From Nemertoderma westbladi (Eukaryota; Animalia; Xenacoelomorpha), in the NCBI GenBank assembly GCA_032718475.1, contig JAUCBJ010008487.1, positions 38,661 to 102,660 on the forward strand: 64,000 nucleotides of DNA. The letters are read 5' to 3'. A model generated the notes under the pieces. The model saw only the letters and a list, made by a program, of their open reading frames with translations, had not been told where the DNA came from and did not search any database. The position numbers and the translations under genes are program-made. Every line of letters starts with the position of its first letter. Within the stretch, counting starts at the first letter, position 1. Below, one piece after another: positions 11,630-24,479 of this stretch.

Positions 11630-12730
11630 GAAGTCACAGCCACTCAAAGCTATGTTACAGCCACTCAATGCTATGTCACAGCCACTCAATGCAATGTCAC
11701 AACCACTCAATGCTATGTCACAGCCGCTCAATGCTATGTCACAGCTGCTCAATGCTATGCCATACCCACTCAACGCTATGCCACAGCCACCCAACGCTAT
11801 GTCACAGCCACAGCCACTCAACGCTATCTCACAGGCGCTCAATGCCATGTCACAGCCACTCAACGCTATGTCACAACCACGCAATGCTATGCCACAGCCA
11901 CCCAACGCTATGTCACAGCCACTCAACGCTATGTCACAGCCACTCAAAGCTATGTCACAGACACTCAACGCTATGTCTCAGCCACTCAACATATTGTCAC
12001 AGCCACCCAACGCTATGTCACATCACAACCACCCAACGCTATGTCACAGCCGCTCAATGCTATGTTACATCCGCTCAATGCTTTGTCACAGCCACTCAAA
12101 GCATGTCACAGCCACTCAACGCTATGTCACAGTTACTCAACGCTATGTCACAGTTACTCAACGCTATGTCACAGCCACTCAACGCTATGTCACAACCACG
12201 CAATGCTATGCCACAGCCACCCAACGCTATGTCATAGCCACTCAATGCTATGCCACAGCCACCCAACGCTATGTCACAGCCGCCCAATGCTATGTCACAG
12301 CCCTCAACGCTATGCCACAGCCACCCAACGCTATGTCACATCACAACCACCCAACGCTATGTCACAGCCGCTCAATGCTATGTCACAGCCGCTCAATGCT
12401 GTCACAGCCGCTCAATGCTATGTCACAGCCGCTCAATGCTTTGTCACAGCCACTCAAAGCTATGTCACAGCCACTCAACGCAATGTCACAGTTACTCAAC
12501 GCTATGTCACAGCCACTCAACGCTATGTCACAGCCAATCAACGCTAGCCACCCAACGCTATGTCACAGCTAATCAACGCTATGCCACAGCCACTCAATGC
12601 TATGCCACAGCCACCCAACGCTATGTCACAGTCACCCAACGCTGGCCACCCAACGCTGTGTCACAGTCACCCAACGCTGGCCACCCATCGCTGGCCACCC
12701 AACGCTATGTCACAGCGACAGCCACTCAAC
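11630..12730. repeat. 21-bp minisatellite (GTCACAGCCACTCAACGCTAT), about 50 copies
   Basis: Direct tandem periodicity; explains the many overlapping low-complexity ORFs here. Confidence 0.95.
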
Positions 12731-12896
12731 AATTCCCCATTTATTTTTATTTAGGTTTACATCTAGTAGATAATTTATTGTAGATGATGAAGTCTTAGTC
12801 TAATATAATCGTAGTCCGAGCCTTATATTTTTTTAACACATAAATAAATTAATTTTCCAGATCCAAGATACGGGAAAGTTATTCCACTTTGCTAGC

Positions 12897-13392
12897 GACG
12901 GATATCCTTGGTGGAACGGACTCCGGATTCAGTGATATCGACGGATCCTTGGTGGAACGGACTCCGGATTCAGTGATATCGACGGATCCTTGGCGGAACG
13001 GACTCCGGATTCAGTGATATCGACGGATCCTTGGTGGAACGGACTCCGGATTCAGTGATATCGACAGATCCTTGGCGGAACGGACTCCGGATTCAGTGAT
13101 ATCGACGGATCCTTGGCGGAACGGACTCCGGATTCAGTGATATCGACGGATCCTTGGCGGAACGGACCTCCGGATTCAGTGATATCGACGGATCCTTGAC
13201 GGAACGGACTCCGGATTCAGTGATATCGACGGATCCTTGGCGGAACGGACTCCGGATTCAGTGATATCGACGGATCCTTGGCGGAACGGACTCCGGATTC
13301 AGTGATATCGACGGATCCTTGGTGGAACGGACTCCGGATTCAGTGATATCAACAGATCCTTGGCGGAACGGACTCCGGATTCAGTGATTTCG
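12897..13392. repeat. 41-bp tandem repeat x12 (GACGGATCCTTGGYGGAACGGACTCCGGATTCAGTGATATC)
   Basis: Head-to-tail, near-identical units with no spacers. Confidence 0.95.
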
Positions 13393-14918
13393 ATGCGGCT
13401 GAAACTGAATGATCAATGTAACTGAAAACTCCCCGTGACGTCCCAACATTGTTGTTTTAATTGTAATTTGTTTTATCGTAAATGTTAATTGTTGTCTATT
13501 TTACAATGTATTGCCCCGGGGTGGGTGGGTGGGGGGGGGGGGGGGGAACTGGACGCAATAAAAATTCATCCCTCTCCAGGGGAAATTCGACGCAAATAAC
13601 AGATGATTTCTCTCAAAAATAAAACTGTAACCTAATCTATTGTGCTTAGTTTATTGTTTTGGTTAAAATAATGTGCCACTGTAACCTGCTCCTTTCCCTA
13701 AATTGAGAATTTAACATTGAGGCGGGATATTAATTCGCCAAGATGAGATTTGCGTCCAGTTACCCCCCTTGTCTCCAATTTTGGAACATTGAAGTGAACA
13801 GGGAAATTTTTGCAACTATTTATTATATTTCAATATTGGATAATAATTTCCTTTGTGCTCTGATGGATAGCCCATAAAATTTTAGGAAAAGTCACAGAAT
13901 CTCGGTTTTCACAACATATCTGTTTCAAAGATACAGATTAATTTCAAAAAAATTTAAATGACCCTCACCCACCCACCCCCCCCCCCCCCAGGCCAAATAG
14001 CGTTAAAGAAGGCTGCGGTTGGTCTATATTATTACAGTTCAAATGGAATTTTGTTTCATTTTTGTATATACAGTACAATTTTACTTAAAGTTTGTGCAAT
14101 GCAGTTCATTTGTTTAATAGGTGTTGTTGTTATTGTGAACAATAACACTAGTTTTTAGGTGGTTAAGTTGTGCTGTACTGGCTACTACTACCTTGTGCTT
14201 AATAATATTCATGTTTTACACATAAATTATCTTCTTAATTCGAACAATTGCATACCATGGGAACAATCCGGTGGTCGAATCAATGGATGACCAAATTAGT
14301 GTAGAGAATAACGATTTACAACGTTTAAAACAAACGTTTTCTTTGCATTAAAAAAACGTATATTTCCAAGCAATTTCGAAAGAACCGACGCATGATTCAC
14401 GTTAGTTACACATGCTAGACACACGTTTAATTCAAACGTCATAAAGAACCGGCGATTGGGTAACGTTTGTTTCATGCTATTTACACGTTTACTTCTAAAC
14501 GTTTATTACATGCCACCCGCTTGGACAAAATAACATGAAAATTACCTATTTCTGGACGTGTCGCAAACGTTTTTTCAAACGTTTGCCATGTTCAATAAAA
14601 ATGTGATATAAACGTTAAAATAACATGCAATTGTTATCAGGGTAATCCAATTATACCATTCAGTATGTAGACACATGACCACTCCTGGGATTTCCCTATC
14701 AACTTCTCCCAACCTTATAACCCAACCTGCAACCCTATATTTGTACTTTAGATTGACAGCTTACAACTAACTCGGTGTATTTTCCCTATCACAATTACCT
14801 TACGTTATACAGTACATACATACACGTTAACCTTTCTGGGATTCACCTATCAGGTATTCCCCTTTAAAACTTATATATATATATATAGACCCCACCTTTT
14901 CCTGTTAGTTGCCAGTAC

Positions 14919-14958
14919 ATAGTCTGATGCAGACCGGTAGGTCGAATACTTTTACTAT
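14919..14958 (+). ncRNA. Degenerate minimal hammerhead-ribozyme-like motif in the PLE pseudo-LTR
   Basis: Stem I ATAGT/ACTAT, core CTGATGCA, stem II GACC-GGTA-GGTC, then GAATAC; 30 bp downstream of a (TA)n TATA box. Confidence 0.55.
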
Positions 14959-15031
14959 ATTGTATCTCTACCTAATATAATATATCCAGCTAAAGACCCT
15001 CAATACTTTATTTTTTATATTATCTTTACAA

Positions 15032-15691
15032 ATCTGAAATTGTCGAGGAAAGGGGAACCTCTGGATTGGGATAGGACTGGCTCATCGGTGGAGTCGTTTG
15101 TGATGATAGGGATAGGCGAACCGTTTTAGATGACGACATCGGCACAGACGGTGTGTGGCTCTCTACATTAACAGTGGTAGGCCTCCCGGTAGTGGTCGCA
15201 TGTTTGCGTTTGCATTCGAGACGTTTCTTCCTATTGTCAAGCAAAAGCTTCCCTTCAGATGAATTGTAAAGAATAGCCGTGTATGATTTAGACGTGTGGA
15301 GTTTACTTCCTTTATGTCGACTATTACAATCCCTTAGCCTACTTGAAATATAGTGAGTTTTGTCTTCATTACAACATTCTGTACATATGACTTGTTGATC
15401 TTCCTTGTTAGGCCTATCAGTAGTAGATTTAGGTACTGTCCCAGGATCTGGAGTACGTTTTGTTACCGGTACACCTGCCCACTTCTCAAAATTAAAACAC
15501 TGTCTCTTCACAGGTGGATCTGGCTGTGGACTAAGGCTAACATCAGTATCAGTTCCCGTATAATTATTATCACCATCACTGAGGCTTATAGAGCTCACTA
15601 AATCATCATCACCCATGTTGTTGTTGTACGGATGATGCAGCAGCAGCACAACTATTATATATATAATAATTAGTATCATATTATATATCAT
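15032..15691 (-). pseudogene. hAT-like transposase, N-terminal part (C..C...H...H zinc-finger-like)
   Basis: VICTECC...SRHKGSKLH; continues in frame (SSTISD-QYDNDINI) into 7745 after removal of the PLE. Candidate element end CAATGTATCAG at about 17174 with GCGGCGA subterminal repeats. Confidence 0.55.
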
Positions 15692-15776
15692 ATCAAATGT
15701 TTAAAGTACGCAATCATATAAATAGTATCAAATGTTTGTATTACCTACACAATTCAGCAATTACATCGAGGCTGTT

Positions 15777-16279
15777 GGATACATGACCGAACGTAATCAG
15801 GATCGCATGTAACATAGTTTTTACGAATCGAATGTAACCTCAATTATGTTACATTGGATCCTATCACTATGTTACATTCGATCTACAAATTACTAAGCCC
15901 GAATATAGGCCTAACATTGCCATTTACAGATTTAAAGGAGCAGGTTACAGTTTACAGAGGCGTGTTGGGGAAACCAAAACAATAAACGAAAGTTAACACA
16001 TGTTACAAGATTATGCATGTTACTTAATTGGGTCTTTGTTTTGTACTCACCAACACCAAACTGTTTCTTCCTGTAAATAAATGAAGCATTTCATCTTTTA
16101 ACTCCTGAAATCAAAACACAACTGAAATAAATGTATGTTACATTCGAGCTTGAGCTTAGTAATTTGAATTTGTAGATCGAATGTAACATAGTTATAGGAT
16201 CCAATGTAACATAATTGAGGTTCGTTCGATCTGTAAAAACTATGTTACATTCGATCCTGATTACGTTCGGTCTGTCACC
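15777..16279. mobile_element. MITE with about 125-bp TIRs and a 9-10 bp TSD (MULE-like)
   Basis: GACCGAACGTAATCAGGATCG...CGATCCTGATTACGTTCGGTC inverted ends; flanks CGAGGCTGTT (15767-15776) and TGAGGCTGCT (16280-16289). Confidence 0.8.
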
Positions 16280-18364
16280 TGAGGCTGCTATATACAGATA
16301 TAGGCAGGCCTATTATCTGACTATATTATTTATAGGGCCTATACCATATACAGAATTCAGATAGGCCTATACCAGTACCGATATAACATATAATATAGGA
16401 ATAATAAGGAGTACAGTAATACATTAAATACAATGATACAGTAGGCCGCCAGCCGCCAGGCTTCCTAATAGTGTAATAGGCCTATGCTATGCTTAATCAG
16501 GTTTAACAGTAGACTAGGCTAGGTGCTAGGCTACCATACTTGCAAGTTGCAAACTTGCAGACTTGACAGATAACATGTGACATGAATTGAATAGGCCTAG
16601 TCCTACAAGAATAGGGGTCTATAAATTACCGCAACTGCACCGGTCACTCAGTCAGCCGGTAGTCTGGTAGTGCAAGTACAGAAATACACTTAATCAGAAT
16701 AAAATAATACAATATAAAAACAACAATTAATATATAAGTTATATATATGAACTTTAGACAGTTAGATTTATTTATAGATATATTTATTATTAGATTTAAA
16801 GATATTTACACGTCTTTACCTAAGATTTCTGATTTATAGGCTAATTAAAATATAACGCAAATAGTCTTCCGACCATGCTTGTTGTTAGCAACATCGGCTC
16901 TTAAAGTAAGTACCGGTATGGTGGTAAGTATTTAAGAGATGCTGTACTGGCTGACTGGTACTAAGTACTATCTAACTACTCTACCCTACACAGCCTACAT
17001 GTTCTAAGGCTTAGACAACATCTACCGGTACCGGTACGCATGGTAAAACAGTATGGTGAAGTCAAAATGTAATCTAGGACAATTCGTAAAGGGGTAAGGG
17101 CGAAAATTAAAATCGATAGGGGGTTCTAAATTTATAAAATCGCCGCATCTCGCCGCAAATTATCTGATACATTGCTGCAAGTGGCGCAAGTCAATATTAA
17201 ACATTTATTTTTATATTTACAGGGAAGCCTATACTAAGCCTAGTTATGGCATTGGACATTATTATAAGAAGAAATAAAAAAATATGGTAAGGTTTTTAGT
17301 TATATTATTTTACTGTATTATTATAGTTATACTGTAGATACATTAAGAGTATTTGAGTAACAATGTAAACCAATCTTGATGTATGTGATGGGATCAGAGA
17401 TCCCGACCGGGTAGGTTGTTCGTACGCGTCACCGCAGGCTGGGATGGTGTCACTGATAGCTTGGCCGAGGCATTGGAGAAAAGCGTTCAGAGTTAATGTT
17501 GTTCCTTGGTGTTGTAATATAATAATAATAGCACAGTTAATACAATGGCGGATGGCAATATTGCTTGATACCGGTAATAGATTGATATACAGCCGATGTT
17601 GATGATGGTAAAACAATATTACCAGTCTGCACTGAAACTGGGTAACTAACTAAACTGAATCACAAACCGGTAGCAGAAGATAATATATGATTGATATACC
17701 AATATTACTTCACTCCTACGCTACCTTGGCCTGTTACCTAATGGATGTTCTCCTTTGCCCTTATTGGCTAATACCCTACTTGTCGCCCTTTCACTCTCTG
17801 GGAGTGTTTCCCCTCTGCTGCTAGCCTCTACTAGCTGTGTCCCCTCCGAGGTGGTTTGACCTCTAACCTTCCTTTGTGTGTGGCTTCAGGGCTAGTGTTC
17901 ACACATAACATTCCGTTGATACTGTTATTTCTGTATCACCTCTGTAACTGATATACTTCAGTATAATTTATATTTCTGGTTAGAAAACACACCACACTGT
18001 GGACACTAGTAGAGCCAGATTCTGGTGGTGGAGCCAATGGTGGCGGTGTCACCACGTTTGTTGATGGCAGCTGAACCGGTTCAGATTGAGGCTGTCGGGT
18101 GGAGTAATATATTTGTGAGGGGTATAGATTACTAATTTCGGTACGTTCATTTGGTAGGTGTACAGCCATTTGACCAGGTGTCGGCGAAATACGAATTTGA
18201 GAGTGGCGTTGCGGGAAGGATGGCAAAGCAAGACTATATAAATGTTATAATACAGTTGATATTTTGTAGTATTTAGTGATAGGGTTTGGTTTGGTTAGAT
18301 TAGTTTGTGTAGGGTTACGCTAGGATAATGTTAGGTTTGTCTCAGGCTTGGTTAGCAAGCAAAC

Positions 18365-18435
18365 AGTCGGCTGAAGCCGGAGGCGACCAGAAGGCTCCTC
18401 TTTCGATCGCGCTCAACCAACTGAGCTACCCCAGT
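18365..18435 (-). ncRNA. tRNA-derived fragment (A box and D-arm only)
   Basis: Minus strand reads GGGGTAGCTCAGTTGGTTGAGCGCG; no canonical B box. Confidence 0.4.
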
Positions 18436-20339
18436 ACCCACCATTAGGTTAGGTTAGGTTATGTTAAAAAACCAAAAATATAAAAACGTCAAAAAATAAC
18501 AATTATCGGTATATAATATATATATACCATTTTCATAATGATAATAATAATAATTAGTGATAACTCACTTCTTCTTAACCTTCTTGCCAACACGAATGGC
18601 TAGAGACTATGACTGGTCTTCTGAGTCACTGTCAATCACCTGCAATGCAACTCGCTTGCGGCCATCAAACCTAGTCGGCTGCAGTTCTTGGTCAGACCCA
18701 ACACAATCGGAGTCTGCCACAGACATTCTCTCGATTTCCCGAGCTCTTAGCAATGAATCTATATGTTAGCGCATTTGATAAAATATGTTCTTTCACTCTA
18801 AATTTTCCTGATTTCCAGTTTTCCTTGATTTATTCTGACAAACTTAGAGAACAATATATCAATTTGTAAATTTGTATCAAATTCGAACATTTAGATCACT
18901 TAGTTTCTGATGTTCCTACGAGAGAAACATCCCCGTGAACAGTTATGAGGTAAACTCATGGGGTAGAATACGTTTACCCTCTACATCAGTTATTTCCGGT
19001 CAATTATCATCGGTTGATAGCGCCCACACGGCTGGCAAGGATTGCCTATAGCAGGAACATAAGCTTGGATCGCCCTGCAGGCCACGACAAATGGTGCTGC
19101 TACAAACCTTCTTCATTGTCGTCTAAAAATTTAAAATATATAAGATTAGTTAGTTGTGTTGTTTATGACGTTCAGGTGGGATTGGACTTGTTGATTGCAA
19201 TTTACGTCTTTTTGGTCTCACAATCTGCTAATAATGTTAATTAAACCACATATATCTATATCTATATATTCCATATATCTATAATCTATATTATTATTTT
19301 TTTAATATTTATAAGTCTCCGACCACGTCCCGCCACGCCCAAGTACCACCATTACTACTACTACTAGGTCGAGCGAACTCGGACAGTGGAAATTAGATCC
19401 TTCCAGGCTTCCCGATTCTCCATAGTTGTCGCAATTTCGTTTCTCCTAATTTGTTAGCACTTATTGTGCTGTCAATAATTGTCTGTGTGCCTGTCGAATT
19501 AATAGTTAGATAAAAAATAAATATATAACATCAACATACCCCTGTGATTTCCAATCTCTGCAAGTACATGGAGAACCCCTGAAGTTCTGGTGACTTCATT
19601 AAATCATTGATGTTATTGGGTATCCCAACAAAACCGGTGGTCTTGCCAGATGCAGTGGCTGGTGTTTGGTTACTATTGTTGGCAGATTGATTATTGCATT
19701 AATAGAACCAACCCGACCTGATCTCATTGTCCCTAAAAAACAATAATAAATATAATATATTAGAAAATCTATGGAAATTTTAATACTTTAATTATATATC
19801 TCCTGATTACAATTGTCAATATTTATTTATATTAATAGGCAATCTATGTGTCAGAATAATTTATTGTAGGTGTGTCACAGCAATATGATGAAATTATAAA
19901 TCGCCTCTAATAAATGTCATATAAATAAATTAATTTGATAATATAATAATATAAATGTGTACATGCATGTTGTTTTTTCCTTATTATAGTCCTAAAACCC
20001 GAAAATAACAAAAATATAATTTAATAGGTAATATAATACTGTTATTAATGACATATAAGTAGCATTTATATTGCATTTATTGTGAATACTGTATATAAGG
20101 CCTGCATAATTTTTGCATATATAAAGTAGTTCATATAAGTTGTGTACTACAAGGTATAATTATAGAGCATAAGTACTGTATATTATCATTAAAACATTGC
20201 AATCCAAAAAGTTTTTGACCTATCTATCAATAATACAAAATAATAAAATAGATGGCTACTCCAGTTTAAATTACAATAAAATTTCGGCATTAAAAAGGTA
20301 AACAGAGTTAAGTTACATAAATTTACTGTTTGGGATTAG

Positions 20340-21200
20340 TGCCAAGGGACAATGACAAATCGCGGTTGAACCGAAATAACTTCGGTCTGGACATTGTCCC
20401 TTGGGAGGTATCTCAACCGAAGAGACTCCTCGTTCAACTGAGTTGCCGTTATACTGGAGACATGCCAACTTAAGAGCAGGCAAGTTCTTGCTCGAATGGT
20501 AAAATGTCCCGAGACAGGGTTCTTATGACGGCAGCCATAAACCAACCCTCAACATTGTCCTTCTCAACACTACAACAACCAGATCCAATGGATCTCGTCC
20601 GACGGTTGCAGAGACTGCCGCCACAGCACAAGTGGGACTAAGCACTTGTGGCAATAGTACGAGGAGTTTCTCTCTGACCAGATGGTATTGGTAGTAGGCC
20701 GTCTCTTCTTTCAATGATATGTCCAGTGGGAGGGAGTGGAGAGACTGGTGGGTTGAAGGTCACTGGCAGGAGAGGGCTACGTTTAACCACAATGGGATTG
20801 GAGAGAGAGGAGTGGTGGAGGTAATAATCCCCGAGGAACAGGGGTTCCACCACTTGTACCACTGAGCCGAGGGTGATCTCTGTGTGTTTGAATAGAGATC
20901 TTGAGGATGACGGATCACGAGTAAAAGTAATATATGACTGTTCACTATCTAAATCACTGAGCACAACTTCGCGATCGTACACATGCTCCCGACGACTCGT
21001 CTTCGAAGAAGGGCCCAAAAACTCACCACCACTATCCCTGGTACCGCGACTGACTCGGACGAAGCTCATGGCTTTATCTACCTTGGCAACCATGAGAATG
21101 ATACCAATGATAACCATGTTGGTCGGGTCGAAATTCCGATACGATCCAGATAGTACTACCTACTCCTGGTGAGTGATGTGGCATCCTTTCAATGGCCCTG
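20340..21200 (-). pseudogene. Orphan degenerate ORF with a Cys cluster; unknown function
   Basis: 159-aa protein-like ORF 20638-21117; reads past a stop into HLCCGGSLCNRRTRSIGSGCC; GC-richer than its flanks. Confidence 0.4.
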
Positions 21201-21206
21201 CAGGAG

Positions 21207-21258
21207 CTGGTGCTGGGTCCCGTCCTGGTGCTGGGTCCCGTCCTGGTGCTGGGTCCCA
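21207..21258. repeat. 18-bp tandem repeat x3 (CTGGTGCTGGGTCCCGTC)
   Basis: Seen directly. Confidence 0.85.
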
Positions 21259-22169
21259 TAAACATTTAGTAACATTTCGCTATTATCGTTAATCTGGAGT
21301 GTTTTTTTTTTTTACATGACGGAATAATGGAATATATTTAATTTAATATAATAATAATATAACTTAATATATTTTCCAAATTCCATGACGTCACCAGCTT
21401 AATTGTGCAAAGATAGGACATAACACAAATTAATAATATTGGCTGATGTCTACAGACAAATTATTGTAAGGAAGTTAGTTTACCAGCCCCAAGCATAAAA
21501 AATAAACTCGTTTCAAATTTATGGTAGGACTACTGAGTTTATGGCTTACTGAGCCTACTGGCTCAGATTGAGTGGAAATAAAACCCTAAACAACATCGGA
21601 ATATACAGTATATACCTACCTACATGTACAAGACAACGAAATTCTGAGATTCCTAGACGGGACATAAAGGGAAGTATATAAAACTGCAGAATTCAATGAC
21701 CGACACAAACAATTTAATTTGATTCTAAATTATACCGAATTAAAAACACAAGAAACCTTTAAGTACAGAATAACCAAAAACAAGATATTACCAGTAGGCC
21801 TATTTATTATATTAACAAAAATATACCAATTTAAGAATAAAATTACGTATGTAATTACGCAAACCAGTAAACATAGCACATCAATAATTACATTAACCTG
21901 TACGATCTAAATAGGCTTATTCTCATTTATTAATCTTTACAATATGATACAGACATACATATTTGTATGCCAGGGAAATGAGGTTACCTCAATTATATTT
22001 CAGAGAATGTAAGCAGAAATTAAAGCCATGGGGATATCGATTAACAATAATGCCTTAACAATCCATAAGATTTTACAATTGGATCAAAACTTGAACAAAA
22101 AATCCCATGATTCAAGGTTCACCACTAGTTTATTTATCAAAAACCGAACCAACAAAGAAACTTTTAGAA

Positions 22170-23330
22170 AGAAACATCACAAGAAACACAACTATCACAC
22201 CATCTCAAATTATTCAAACAGCAAATAAACTAAACAAGAGAACAAGCCCTGGCTATGACGAACTAGCCTCATCAACCATCCAACCAACAATATATCTTAT
22301 CACTGAGCCCCTTGCTTATATAGTTAACATGTCTCTATGTAGTGGTTATTTCCCCAATAAAATGAAAATTGCACGTATTACCACCCCAATATTTAAAACT
22401 GATAAATCTGACACTTGTTGAGAATTACAGACCAATATCCGTATTAGCATATTTTTCCAAAATACTTGAGAAAATCATTCAAACAGAACTCACAGATTAC
22501 TTAATAAGAGAAGCCATACTTTCTCCAGCACAATTTTGCTTTAGAAATAAGAGATCAACTCAACAAGACCATATTACAAATGCTCTAGATTCGGGGGAAT
22601 ATGCAATAGGTGTCTTAATTGAATTATCGAAAGCGTTTGACACTGTGAACCACAGAATTTTACTCGAAAAATTACAATGTTACGGAATTGCTGAAACTGC
22701 GTTGGCCTGGATTACAAACTACTAATCTGACAGAATTCAATATGTGACAGTAGGAAAAGGAAAATCACAACGAAAAACAATTACAATTGGGCTGACTGCC
22801 TCAAGGTACACTCCTTAGTCCACTACTGTTTATCATTTATTGTAATGACTTAACTAACACGTGTGTGTAAACTAGCAAAATGTATTCTGTTTGCAGATGA
22901 TACTAACTTATTAACAACAGGGAAGGACCTCGAGAAACTTATCACTGAAACAAACGACGACCTCCTTAATTTAACTAAATGGTTTCAATTAAATAGACTA
23001 TCATTAAACATTAAAAAAACTAGCATTTATTATATTAAAATTATATTTCGCACCACGAACAAACCACTTAAACTAAACCAACCAATGGATATTGTGATCA
23101 ACAACATTGTTATCCAGAGAAATGCAGTTATTAAGTTTCTCGGAGTTCTTATAGATGAACACCTTACATGGAAATACCATTACGAGTACCTACCCAATAA
23201 AATAAGTCGCAACATCGGCATTATCAATAGAATAATACATTTCATTACACCACAAGTGGCAGCAACTCTTTATAACACAATGATCAGCCCCTACTTATAT
23301 TATTGCACCGCAGTTTAGGCAGCTACATCA
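22170..23330 (+). pseudogene. CR1/L2-group LINE reverse transcriptase, frameshifted
   Basis: SPGYDEL, NYRPISVL, LSKAFDTVNH, PQGTLLSPLLF, LFADDT, KFLGVLIDEHLTW. Confidence 0.9.
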
Positions 23331-23639
23331 TATAAATACACAGACTTTACAAATAACAGAGAACACAAACAAACCCAAACCCAAACAAACACTATAGATG
23401 CAAGAGAAAGCGAAAAAAATACAATGATAAGCCAAATTATAGAATGTTGCATAATCTCGCGAAAGGCAAAAGGCAACAAAAGGCAAAAAACATTATCATT
23501 CATAGGGGCCTCGTTAACTTCAATCCACTTACAATACGATCAACTTATATTAAACAAGTCGGAATACTTTGTTATAAACACTCTCTTGTACAACATTTTG
23601 CCTAATGATATTTTCCCAACACTCCTAACCTTGATATCA

Positions 23640-24400
23640 AACACACCCATAGCTGCAGTCTCTAACAACTTGCGACAAGCCGTGGAAGTTCAATTGTGGT
23701 ATGGAATTTCTGGGAATGTGTCGTAAAGTCTCTTTAATTCCTGTCCAGGGCTAATGAATTGCTTACCTACTGTATTTAGAAAGACATATTTTAGATCATT
23801 AGCAATATCTACAGATTTGGGTTGCATTCGAACGATTTTAGGTCTAATATTTTCAATATAGAATAAAATTTTTCGACATAGAGATCATCTGATAAGCCAA
23901 AACGGGCAGGTTGTTGTGTTGCTGTTTTATGGTCAGCAACAGCAACAACATGTATACCATCCCCACAGAATTTAGGTTGCCCCCCACGACGAAACTCAGA
24001 AAGCTGTAAAGTGCTCACAACCATCGGTCTTTGTACTTCTAGAACCAAACGGGGGGGGGGGGGGGGGGGGGCATGAGTGACCTCACATCAAGCAACAACA
24101 AGACAATAAGACGTAGAGAAGGGCTCACAACAAGAAGGTAATCTGTCCTATTTATTTGTTTTTGGCGTAGTAAATTTTGTTTTGCTAATTCAACTTGGTC
24201 CTTAACATTACTATCTGTTATAATACGTATAGTTTCCTGTGGATCTCTATCTACAAACTTTTCATAGTCCTCTATCCTACGTTGTATAATTCTCTTACTT
24301 ATGAGGTTAGAAATACTCGACTTTTGGAAGGCTTGGTGAGCATCGAAACAAGCGTTAAATTGGTCCCACAATGAGTCAGGTTTTATTCTAAAGTGGCCTT
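23640..24400 (-). pseudogene. Tyrosine recombinase (phage-integrase fold) remnant
   Basis: Motifs in catalytic order: QRPMVVSTLQLSEF (Arg box), VVAVADHKTATQQPA (Lys loop), YVFLNTVGK, TSTACRKLLET (HxxR-equivalent). The C-terminal Tyr box is missing; a G22 tract interrupts at 24051. Confidence 0.65.
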
Positions 24401-24479
24401 ACTCGTTTATTCTGAACTTCATGTACTTCTTTAAGTTTTTTAATGGACAATTAATACTCTCTGCAGTCATTCCTAGAGT

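Larger units (their letters stand above)
9673..14642. mobile_element. Non-autonomous CMC/EnSpm-type DNA transposon
   Basis: Termini CCCTGCTAAC...GTTATCAGGG flanked by TA on both sides; dense AACATGTT/AACGTTT subterminal repeats at 9700-9980 and 14300-14630. Confidence 0.75.
7746..15031 (+). mobile_element. Penelope-like retroelement insertion (5'-inverted, internally deleted, interrupted by an EnSpm-type element)
   Basis: TSD ATCTGA at 7740-7745 and 15032-15037; RT thumb and GIY-YIG C-terminal remnant at 8771-9435; TATA plus hammerhead-like motif at 14871-14958. Confidence 0.75.

Noticed and set aside
11531-12783. Long overlapping ORFs (338, 306 and 223 aa)
   Set aside because: By-products of a stop-free 21-bp minisatellite.
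12897-13392. CRISPR-like array (also considered for 60210-61229 and 62638-63660)
   Set aside because: Units are head-to-tail with no unique spacers, there are no cas genes, and the context is eukaryotic TE DNA.
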